From Balanoglossus misakiensis (Eukaryota; Animalia; Hemichordata): a DNA stretch of 64,000 nucleotides. The translations under genes and the position numbers were made by a program. The stretch is from contig CM082580.2 of NCBI GenBank assembly GCA_040954595.2, forward strand, positions 12,820,142 through 12,884,141. The letters run 5' to 3'. The notes beneath the pieces were generated by a model. It was not told the origin of the DNA, ran no database searches, and saw nothing but the letters and a program-made list of their open reading frames with translations. Below are positions 52,401 through 64,000 of this stretch, in pieces; the first letter of the stretch is position 1; every line of letters starts with the position of its first letter.

Positions 52401-55400
52401 AAATCAAAATTTGGCCGATTTTTGAAAAAAACCATGGGTTATAGCTCAGGAAATCATCAAAAAATGACAATTTTTCGACTTTGCGGAAAATCAAAATTTG
52501 GCCGATTTTTGAAAAAAACCATGGGTTATAGCTCAGGAAATCATCAAAAAATGACAATTTTTCGACTTTGCGGAAAATCAAAATTTGGCCGATTTTTGAA
52601 AAAAACCATGGGTTATAGCTCAGGAAATCATCAAAAAATGACAATTTTTCGACTTTGCGGAAAATCAAAATTTGGCCGATTTTTGAAAAAAACCATGGGT
52701 TATAGCTCAGGAAATCATCAAAAAATGACAATTTTTCGACTTTGCGGAAAATCAAAATTTGGCCGATTTTTGAAAAAAACCATGGGTTATAGCTCAGGAA
52801 ATCATCAAAAAATGACAATTTTTCGACTTTGCGGAAAATCAAAATTTGGCCGATTTTTGAAAAAAACCATGGGTTATAGCTCAGGAAATCATCAAAAAAT
52901 GACAATTTTTCGACTTTGCGGAAAATCAAAATTTGGCCGATTTTTGAAAAAAACCATGGGTTATAGCTCAGGAAATCATCAAAAAATGACAATTTTTCGA
53001 CTTTGCGGAAAATCAAAATTTGGCCGATTTTTGAAAAAAACCATGGGTTATAGCTCAGGAAATCATCAAAAAATGACAATTTTTCGACTTTGCGGAAAAT
53101 CAAAATTTGGCCGATTTTTGAAAAAAACCATGGGTTATAGCTCAGGAAATCATCAAAAAATGACAATTTTTCGACTTTGCGGAAAATCAAAATTTGGCCG
53201 ATTTTTGAAAAAAACCATGGGTTATAGCTCAGGAAATCATCAAAAAATGACAATTTTTCGACTTTGCGGAAAATCAAAATTTGGCCGATTTTTGAAAAAA
53301 ACCATGGGTTATAGCTCAGGAAATCATCAAAAAATGACAATTTTTCGACTTTGCGGAAAATCAAAATTTGGCCGATTTTTGAAAAAAACCATGGGTTATA
53401 GCTCAGGAAATCATCAAAAAATGACAATTTTTCGACTTTGCGGAAAATCAAAATTTGGCCGATTTTTGAAAAAAACCATGGGTTATAGCTCAGGAAATCA
53501 TCAAAAAATGACAATTTTTCGACTTTGCGGAAAATCAAAATTTGGCCGATTTTTGAAAAAACCATGGGTTATAGCTCAGGAAATCATCAAAAAATGACAA
53601 TTTTTCGACTTTGCGGAAAATCAAAATTTGGCCGATTTTTGAAAAAAACCATGGGTTATAGCTCAGGAAATCATCAAAAAATGACAATTTTTCGACTTTG
53701 CGGAAAATCAAAATTTGGCCGATTTTTGAAAAAAACCATGGGTTATAGCTCAGGAAATCATCAAAAAATGACAATTTTTCGACTTTGCGGAAAATCAAAA
53801 TTTGGCCGATTTTTGAAAAAAACCATGGGTTATAGCTCAGGAAATCATCAAAAAATGACAATTTTTCGACTTTGCGGAAAATCAAAATTTGGCCGATTTT
53901 TGAAAAAAACCATGGGTTATAGCTCAGGAAATCATCAAAAAATGACAATTTTTCGACTTTGCGGAAAATCAAAATTTGGCCGATTTTTGAAAAAAACCAT
54001 GGGTTATAGCTCAGGAAATCATCAAAAAATGACAATTTTTCGACTTTGCGGAAAATCAAAATTTGGCCGATTTTTGAAAAAAACCATGGGTTATAGCTCA
54101 GGAAATCATCAAAAAATGACAATTTTTCGACTTTGCGGAAAATCAAAATTTGGCCGATTTTTGAAAAAAACCATGGGTTATAGCTCAGGAAATCATCAAA
54201 AAATGACAATTTTTCGACTTTGCGGAAAATCAAAATTTGGCCGATTTTTGAAAAAAACCATGGGTTATAGCTCAGGAAATCATCAAAAAATGACAATTTT
54301 TCGACTTTGCGGAAAATCAAAATTTGGCCGATTTTTGAAAAAAACCATGGGTTATAGCTCAGGAAATCATCAAAAAATGACAATTTTTCGACTTTGCGGA
54401 AAATCAAAATTTGGCCGATTTTTGAAAAAAACCATGGGTTATAGCTCAGGAAATCATCAAAAAATGACAATTTTTCGACTTTGCGGAATTTTCAAAATTT
54501 GGCCATTTTTGAAAAAACCATGGCTCTCACGGATGTTATAGCTCATGAAAATCGTCAAAAAATGACAATTTTTCGACTTTGCGGAATTTCAAAATTTGGC
54601 CGATTTTTGAAAAAATCATGGGTTATAGCTCATGAAAATCGTCAAAAAATGACAATTTTTCGACTTTGCGGAAAATTCAAAATTTGGCCGATTTTTGAAA
54701 AAACCATGGGTTATAGCTCAGGAAATCATCAAAAAATGACAATTTTTCGACTTTGCGGAAAATCAAAATTTGGCCGATTTTTGAAAAAAACCATGGGTTA
54801 TAGCTCAGGAAATCATCAAAAAATGACAATTTTTCGACTTTGCGGAAAATCAAAATTTGGCCGATTTTTGAAAAAAACCATGGGTTATAGCTCAGGAAAT
54901 CATCAAAAAATGACAATTTTTCGACTTTGCGGAAAATCAAAATTTGGCCGATTTTTGAAAAAAACCATGGGTTATAGCTCAGGAAATCATCAAAAAATGA
55001 CAATTTTTCGACTTTGCGGAAAATCAAAATTTGGCCGATTTTTGAAAAAAACCATGGGTTATAGCTCAGGAAATCATCAAAAAATGACAATTTTTCGACT
55101 TTGCGGAAAATCAAAATTTGGCCGATTTTTGAAAAAAACCATGGGTTATAGCTCAGGAAATCATCAAAAAATGACAATTTTTCGACTTTGCGGAAAATCA
55201 AAATTTGGCCGATTTTTGAAAAAAACCATGGGTTATAGCTCAGGAAATCATCAAAAAATGACAATTTTTCGACTTTGCGGAAAATCAAAATTTGGCCGAT
55301 TTTTGAAAAAAACCATGGGTTATAGCTCAGGAAATCATCAAAAAATGACAATTTTTCGACTTTGCGGAAAATCAAAATTTGGCCGATTTTTGAAAAAAAC

Positions 55401-58400
55401 CATGGGTTATAGCTCAGGAAATCATCAAAAAATGACAATTTTTCGACTTTGCGGAAAATCAAAATTTGGCCGATTTTTGAAAAAAACCATGGGTTATAGC
55501 TCAGGAAATCATCAAAAAATGACAATTTTTCGACTTTGCGGAAAATCAAAATTTGGCCGATTTTTGAAAAAAACCATGGGTTATAGCTCAGGAAATCATC
55601 AAAAAATGACAATTTTTCGACTTTGCGGAAAATCAAAATTTGGCCGATTTTTGAAAAAAACCATGGGTTATAGCTCAGGAAATCATCAAAAAATGACAAT
55701 TTTTCGACTTTGCGGAAAATCAAAATTTGGCCGATTTTTGAAAAAAACCATGGGTTATAGCTCAGGAAATCATCAAAAAATGACAATTTTTCGACTTTGC
55801 GGAAAATCAAAATTTGGCCGATTTTTGAAAAAAACCATGGGTTATAGCTCAGGAAATCATCAAAAAATGACAATTTTTCGACTTTGCGGAAAATCAAAAT
55901 TTGGCCGATTTTTGAAAAAAACCATGGGTTATAGCTCAGGAAATCATCAAAAAATGACAATTTTTCGACTTTGCGGAAAATCAAATTTGGCCGATTTTTG
56001 AAAAAAACCATGGGTTATAGCTCAGGAAATCATCAAAAAATGACAATTTTTCGACTTTGCGGAAAATCAAAATTTGGCCGATTTTTGAAAAAAACCATGG
56101 GTTATAGCTCAGGAAATCATCAAAAAATGACAATTTTTCGACTTTGCGGAAAATCAAAATTTGGCCGATTTTTGAAAAAAACCATGGGTTATAGCTCAGG
56201 AAATCATCAAAAAATGACAATTTTTCGACTTTGCGGAAAATCAAAATTTGGCCGATTTTTGAAAAAAACCATGGGTTATAGCTCAGGAAATCATCAAAAA
56301 ATGACAATTTTTCGACTTTGCGGAAAATCAAAATTTGGCCGATTTTTGAAAAAAACCATGGGTTATAGCTCAGGAAATCATCAAAAAATGACAATTTTTC
56401 GACTTTGCGGAAAATCAAAATTTGGCCGATTTTTGAAAAAAACCATGGGTTATAGCTCAGGAAATCATCAAAAAATGACAATTTTTCGACTTTGCGGAAA
56501 ATCAAAATTTGGCCGATTTTTGAAAAAAACCATGGGTTATAGCTCAGGAAATCATCAAAAAATGACAATTTTTCGACTTTGCGGAAAATCAAAATTTGGC
56601 CGATTTTTGAAAAAAACCATGGGTTATAGCTCAGGAAATCATCAAAAAATGACAATTTTTCGACTTTGCGGAAAATCAAAATTTGGCCGATTTTTGAAAA
56701 AAACCATGGGTTATAGCTCAGGAAATCATCAAAAAATGACAATTTTTCGACTTTGCGGAAAATCAAAATTTGGCCGATTTTTGAAAAAAACCATGGGTTA
56801 TAGCTCAGGAAATCATCAAAAAATGACAATTTTTCGACTTTGCGGAAAATCAAAATTTGGCCGATTTTTGAAAAAAACCATGGGTTATAGCTCAGGAAAT
56901 CATCAAAAAATGACAATTTTTCGACTTTGCGGAAAATCAAAATTTGGCCGATTTTTGAAAAAAACCATGGGTTATAGCTCAGGAAATCATCAAAAAATGA
57001 CAATTTTTCGACTTTGCGGAAAATCAAAATTTGGCCGATTTTTGAAAAAAACCATGGGTTATAGCTCAGGAAATCATCAAAAAATGACAATTTTTCGACT
57101 TTGCGGAAAATCAAAATTTGGCCGATTTTTGAAAAAAACCATGGGTTATAGCTCAGGAAATCATCAAAAAATGACAATTTTTCGACTTTGCGGAAAATCA
57201 AAATTTGGCCGATTTTTGAAAAAAACCATGGGTTATAGCTCAGGAAATCATCAAAAAATGACAATTTTTCGACTTTGCGGAAAATCAAAATTTGGCCGAT
57301 TTTTGAAAAAAACCATGGGTTATAGCTCAGGAAATCATCAAAAAATGACAATTTTTCGACTTTGCGGAAAATCAAAATTTGGCCGATTTTTGAAAAAAAC
57401 CATGGGTTATAGCTCAGGAAATCATCAAAAAATGACAATTTTTCGACTTTGCGGAAAATCAAAATTTGGCCGATTTTTGAAAAAAACCATGGGTTATAGC
57501 TCAGGAAATCATCAAAAAATGACAATTTTTCGACTTTGCGGAAAATCAAAATTTGGCCGATTTTTGAAAAAAACCATGGGTTATAGCTCAGGAAATCATC
57601 AAAAAATGACAATTTTTCGACTTTGCGGAAAATCAAAATTTGGCCGATTTTTGAAAAAAACCATGGGTTATAGCTCAGGAAATCATCAAAAAATGACAAT
57701 TTTTCGACTTTGCGGAAAATCAAAATTTGGCCGATTTTTGAAAAAAACCATGGGTTATAGCTCAGGAAATCATCAAAAAATGACAATTTTTCGACTTTGC
57801 GGAAAATCAAAATTTGGCCGATTTTTGAAAAAAACCATGGGTTATAGCTCAGGAAATCATCAAAAAATGACAATTTTTCGACTTTGCGGAAAATCAAAAT
57901 TTGGCCGATTTTTGAAAAAAACCATGGGTTATAGCTCAGGAAATCATCAAAAAATGACAATTTTTCGACTTTGCGGAAAATCAAAATTTGGCCGATTTTT
58001 GAAAAAAACCATGGGTTATAGCTCAGGAAATCATCAAAAAATGACAATTTTTCGACTTTGCGGAAAATCAAAATTTGGCCGATTTTTGAAAAAAACCATG
58101 GGTTATAGCTCAGGAAATCATCAAAAAATGACAATTTTTCGACTTTGCGGAAAATCAAAATTTGGCCGATTTTTGAAAAAAACCATGGGTTATAGCTCAG
58201 GAAATCATCAAAAAATGACAATTTTTCGACTTTGCGGAAAATCAAAATTTGGCCGATTTTTGAAAAAAACCATGGGTTATAGCTCAGGAAATCATCAAAA
58301 AATGACAATTTTTCGACTTTGCGGAAAATCAAAATTTGGCCGATTTTTGAAAAAAACCATGGGTTATAGCTCAGGAAATCATCAAAAAATGACAATTTTT

Positions 58401-61400
58401 CGACTTTGCGGAAAATCAAAATTTGGCCGATTTTTGAAAAAAACCATGGGTTATAGCTCAGGAAATCATCAAAAAATGACAATTTTTCGACTTTGCGGAA
58501 AATCAAAATTTGGCCGATTTTTGAAAAAAACCATGGGTTATAGCTCAGGAAATCATCAAAAAATGACAATTTTTCGACTTTGCGGAAAATCAAAATTTGG
58601 CCGATTTTTGAAAAAAACCATGGGTTATAGCTCAGGAAATCATCAAAAAATGACAATTTTTCGACTTTGCGGAAAATCAAAATTTGGCCGATTTTTGAAA
58701 AAAACCATGGGTTATAGCTCAGGAAATCATCAAAAAATGACAATTTTTCGACTTTGCGGAAAATCAAAATTTGGCCGATTTTTGAAAAAAACCATGGGTT
58801 ATAGCTCAGGAAATCATCAAAAAATGACAATTTTTCGACTTTGCGGAAAATCAAAATTTGGCCGATTTTTGAAAAAAACCATGGGTTATAGCTCAGGAAA
58901 TCATCAAAAAATGACAATTTTTCGACTTTGCGGAAAATCAAAATTTGGCCGATTTTTGAAAAAAACCATGGGTTATAGCTCAGGAAATCATCAAAAAATG
59001 ACAATTTTTCGACTTTGCGGAAAATCAAAATTTGGCCGATTTTTGAAAAAACCATGGGTTATAGCTCAGGAAATCATCAAAAAATGACAATTTTTCGACT
59101 TTGCGGAAAATCAAAATTTGGCCGATTTTTGAAAAAAACCATGGGTTATAGCTCAGGAAATCATCAAAAAATGACAATTTTTCGACTTTGCGGAAAATCA
59201 AAATTTGGCCGATTTTTGAAAAAAACCATGGGTTATAGCTCAGGAAATCATCAAAAAATGACAATTTTTCGACTTTGCGGAAAATCAAAATTTGGCCGAT
59301 TTTTGAAAAAAACCATGGGTTATAGCTCAGGAAATCATCAAAAAATGACAATTTTTCGACTTTGCGGAAAATCAAAATTTGGCCGATTTTTGAAAAAAAC
59401 CATGGGTTATAGCTCAGGAAATCATCAAAAAATGACAATTTTTCGACTTTGCGGAAAATCAAAATTTGGCCGATTTTTGAAAAAAACCATGGGTTATAGC
59501 TCAGGAAATCATCAAAAAATGACAATTTTTCGACTTTGCGGAAAATCAAAATTTGGCCGATTTTTGAAAAAAACCATGGGTTATAGCTCAGGAAATCATC
59601 AAAAAATGACAATTTTTCGACTTTGCGGAAAATCAAAATTTGGCCGATTTTTGAAAAAACCATGGGTTATAGCTCAGGAAATCATCAAAAAATGACAATT
59701 TTTCGACTTTGCGGAAAATCAAAATTTGGCCGATTTTTGAAAAAAACCATGGGTTATAGCTCAGGAAATCATCAAAAAATGACAATTTTTCGACTTTGCG
59801 GAAAATCAAAATTTGGCCGATTTTTGAAAAAAACCATGGGTTATAGCTCAGGAAATCATCAAAAAATGACAATTTTTCGACTTTGCGGAAAATCAAAATT
59901 TGGCCGATTTTTGAAAAAAACCATGGGTTATAGCTCAGGAAATCATCAAAAAATGACAATTTTTCGACTTTGCGGAAAATCAAAATTTGGCCGATTTTTG
60001 AAAAAAACCATGGGTTATAGCTCAGGAAATCATCAAAAAATGACAATTTTTCGACTTTGCGGAAAATCAAAATTTGGCCGATTTTTGAAAAAAACCATGG
60101 GTTATAGCTCAGGAAATCATCAAAAAATGACAATTTTTCGACTTTGCGGAAAATCAAAATTTGGCCGATTTTTGAAAAAAACCATGGGTTATAGCTCAGG
60201 AAATCATCAAAAAATGACAATTTTTCGACTTTGCGGAAAATCAAAATTTGGCCGATTTTTGAAAAAAACCATGGGTTATAGCTCAGGAAATCATCAAAAA
60301 ATGACAATTTTTCGACTTTGCGGAAAATCAAAATTTGGCCGATTTTTGAAAAAAACCATGGGTTATAGCTCAGGAAATCATCAAAAAATGACAATTTTTC
60401 GACTTTGCGGAAAATCAAAATTTGGCCGATTTTTGAAAAAAACCATGGGTTATAGCTCAGGAAATCATCAAAAAATGACAATTTTTCGACTTTGCGGAAA
60501 ATCAAAATTTGGCCGATTTTTGAAAAAAACCATGGGTTATAGCTCAGGAAATCATCAAAAAATGACAATTTTTCGACTTTGCGGAAAATCAAAATTTGGC
60601 CGATTTTTGAAAAAAACCATGGGTTATAGCTCAGGAAATCATCAAAAAATGACAATTTTTCGACTTTGCGGAAAATCAAAATTTGGCCGATTTTTGAAAA
60701 AACCATGGGTTATAGCTCAGGAAATCATCAAAAAATGACAATTTTTCGACTTTGCGGAAAATCAAAATTTGGCCGATTTTTGAAAAAAACCATGGGTTAT
60801 AGCTCAGGAAATCATCAAAAAATGACAATTTTTCGACTTTGCGGAAAATCAAAATTTGGCCGATTTTTGAAAAAAACCATGGGTTATAGCTCAGGAAATC
60901 ATCAAAAAATGACAATTTTTCGACTTTGCGGAAAATCAAAATTTGGCCGATTTTTGAAAAAAACCATGGGTTATAGCTCAGGAAATCATCAAAAAATGAC
61001 AATTTTTCGACTTTGCGGAAAATCAAAATTTGGCCGATTTTTGAAAAAAACCATGGGTTATAGCTCAGGAAATCATCAAAAAATGACAATTTTTCGACTT
61101 TGCGGAAAATCAAAATTTGGCCGATTTTTGAAAAAAACCATGGGTTATAGCTCAGGAAATCATCAAAAAATGACAATTTTTCGACTTTGCGGAAAATCAA
61201 AATTTGGCCGATTTTTGAAAAAAACCATGGGTTATAGCTCAGGAAATCATCAAAAAATGACAATTTTTCGACTTTGCGGAAAATCAAAATTTGGCCGATT
61301 TTTGAAAAAAACCATGGGTTATAGCTCAGGAAATCATCAAAAAATGACAATTTTTCGACTTTGCGGAAAATCAAAATTTGGCCGATTTTTGAAAAAAACC

Positions 61401-64000
61401 ATGGGTTATAGCTCAGGAAATCATCAAAAAATGACAATTTTTCGACTTTGCGGAAAATCAAAATTTGGCCGATTTTTGAAAAAAACCATGGGTTATAGCT
61501 CAGGAAATCATCAAAAAATGACAATTTTCGACTTTGCGGAAAATCAAAATTTGGCCGATTTTTGAAAAAAACCATGGGTTATAGCTCAGGAAATCATCAA
61601 AAAATGACAATTTTTCGACTTTGCGGAAAATCAAAATTTGGCCGATTTTTGAAAAAAACCATGGGTTATAGCTCAGGAAATCATCAAAAAATGACAATTT
61701 TTCGACTTTGCGGAAAATCAAAATTTGGCCGATTTTTGAAAAAAACCATGGGTTATAGCTCAGGAAATCATCAAAAAATGACAATTTTTCGACTTTGCGG
61801 AAAATCAAAAATTTGGCCGATTTTTGAAAAAAACCATGGGTTATAGCTCAGGAAATCATCAAAAAATGACAATTTTTCGACTTTGCGGAAAATCAAAATT
61901 TGGCCGATTTTTGAAAAAAACCATGGGTTATAGCTCAGGAAATCATCAAAAAATGACAATTTTTCGACTTTGCGGAAAATCAAAATTTGGCCGATTTTTG
62001 AAAAAAACCATGGGTTATAGCTCAGGAAATCATCAAAAAATGACAATTTTTCGACTTTGCGGAAAATCAAAATTTGGCCGATTTTTGAAAAAAACCATGG
62101 GTTATAGCTCAGGAAATCATCAAAAAATGACAATTTTTCGACTTTGCGGAAAATCAAAATTTGGCCGATTTTTGAAAAAAACCATGGGTTATAGCTCAGG
62201 AAATCATCAAAAAATGACAATTTTTCGACTTTGCGGAAAATCAAAATTTGGCCGATTTTTGAAAAAAACCATGGGTTATAGCTCAGGAAATCATCAAAAA
62301 ATGACAATTTTTCGACTTTGCGGAAAATCAAAATTTGGCCGATTTTTGAAAAAAACCATGGGTTATAGCTCAGGAAATCATCAAAAATGACAATTTTTTC
62401 GACTTTGCGGAAAATCAAAATTTGGCCGATTTTTGAAAAAAACCATGGGTTATAGCTCAGGAAATCATCAAAAAATGACAATTTTTCGACTTTGCGGAAA
62501 ATCAAAATTTGGCCGATTTTTGAAAAAACCATGGGTTATAGCTCAGGAAATCATCAAAAAATGACAATTTTTCGACTTTGCGGAAAATCAAAATTTGGCC
62601 GATTTTTGAAAAAAACCATGGGTTATAGCTCAGGAAAATCATCAAAAAATGACAATTTTTCGACTTTGCGGAAAATCAAAATTTGGCCGATTTTTGAAAA
62701 AAACCATGGGTTATAGCTCAGGAAATCATCAAAAAATGACAATTTTTCGACTTTGCGGAAAATCAAAATTTGGCCGATTTTTGAAAAAAACCATGGGTTA
62801 TAGCTCAGGAAATCATCAAAAAATGACAATTTTTCGACTTTGCGGAAAATCAAAATTTGGCCGATTTTTGAAAAAAACCATGGGTTATAGCTCAGGAAAT
62901 CATCAAAAAATGACAATTTTTCGACTTTGCGGAAAATCAAAATTTGGCCGATTTTTGAAAAAAACCATGGGTTATAGCTCAGGAAATCATCAAAAAATGA
63001 CAATTTTTCGACTTTGCGGAAAATCAAAATTTGGCCGATTTTTGAAAAAAACCATGGGTTATAGCTCAGGAAATCATCAAAAAATGACAATTTTTCGACT
63101 TTGCGGAAAATCAAAATTTGGCCGATTTTTGAAAAAAACCATGGGTTATAGCTCAGGAAATCATCAAAAAATGACAATTTTTCGACTTTGCGGAAAATCA
63201 AAATTTGGCCGATTTTTGAAAAAAACCATGGGTTATAGCTCAGGAAATCATCAAAAAATGACAATTTTTCGACTTTGCGGAAAATCAAAATTTGGCCGAT
63301 TTTTGAAAAAACCATGGGTTATAGCTCAGGAAATCATCAAAAAATGACAATTTTTCGACTTTGCGGAAAATCAAAATTTGGCCGATTTTTGAAAAAAACC
63401 ATGGGTTATAGCTCAGGAAATCATCAAAAAATGACAATTTTTCGACTTTGCGGAAAATCAAAATTTGGCCGATTTTTGAAAAAAACCATGGGTTATAGCT
63501 CAGGAAATCATCAAAAAATGACAATTTTTCGACTTTGCGGAAAATCAAATTTGGCGATTTGAAAAAAACCATGGGTTATAGCTCAGGAAATCATCAAAAA
63601 ATGACAATTTTTCGACTTTGCGGAAAATCAAAATTTGGCCGATTTTTGAAAAAAACCATGGGTTATAGCTCAGGAAATCATCAAAAAATGACAATTTTTC
63701 GACTTTGCGGAAAATCAAAATTTGGCCGATTTTTGAAAAAAACCATGGGTTATAGCTCAGGAAATCATCAAAAAATGACAATTTTCGACTTTGCGGAAAA
63801 TCAAAATTTGGCCGATTTTTGAAAAAAACCATGGGTTATAGCTCAGGAAATCATCAAAAAATGACAATTTTTCGACTTTGCGGAAAATCAAAATTTGGCC
63901 GATTTTTGAAAAAAACCATGGGTTATAGCTCAGGAAATCATCAAAAAATGACAATTTTTCGACTTTGCGGAAAATCAAAATTGGCCGATTTTTGAAAAAA
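43430..64000. repeat. 87-bp satellite DNA array (>20 kb, ~236 monomers, runs off the window end)
   Basis: Consensus ccatgggttatagctcaggaaatcatcaaaaaatgacaatttttcgactttgcggaaaatcaaaatttggccgatttttgaaaaaaa; 29-aa periodicity in the ORF track; diverged monomers at the left edge, near-perfect interior. Confidence 0.99.

Noticed and set aside
43901-63978. Very long ORFs on both strands (up to 1363 aa) of 29-aa repeats
   Set aside because: An 87-bp monomer is a multiple of 3 and is stop-free in one frame per strand. There is no synonymous variation and homopolymer indels shift frames freely, so this is satellite, not protein.
43430-64000. CRISPR-like array
   Set aside because: Monomers are contiguous with no unique spacers (one isolated insert only), there are no cas genes, and the context is eukaryotic.

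Overview
Eukaryotic (metazoan) genomic DNA with intron-rich genes and canonical GT-AG introns; the gene content suggests a marine invertebrate deuterostome (inference only). The first ~43 kb holds: a secreted protein with two FN3-like domains (+, 418-3448); a receptor tyrosine kinase (-, ~4967-11660) with an unusual ectodomain (cadherin repeat, unassigned domain, EGF, Ig, EGF, TM, intact kinase); glutamine-dependent NAD+ synthetase NADSYN1 (+, 13888-19222) with a long extra C-terminal tail; a two-exon CARD-like microprotein (+, 21341-22050); an SH3BP5/Sab-family gene (-, 23507-28286) head-to-head with an uncharacterised spliced gene; a 32.4-36.1 kb block with a ~131-bp minisatellite and repeated exon-like cassettes; two inverted copies of an 85-bp TTAA-flanked piggyBac-type MITE; and the first three coding exons of an SLC14A urea transporter (+, 40671-43285). 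From ~43.43 kb to the window end is a highly homogeneous 87-bp satellite array (~236 monomers), starting ~145 bp after a splice donor of the urea transporter. All long ORFs past 43.9 kb are artefacts of this repeat. Exon coordinates were read by eye and may be off by a few bases. No database searches were run.
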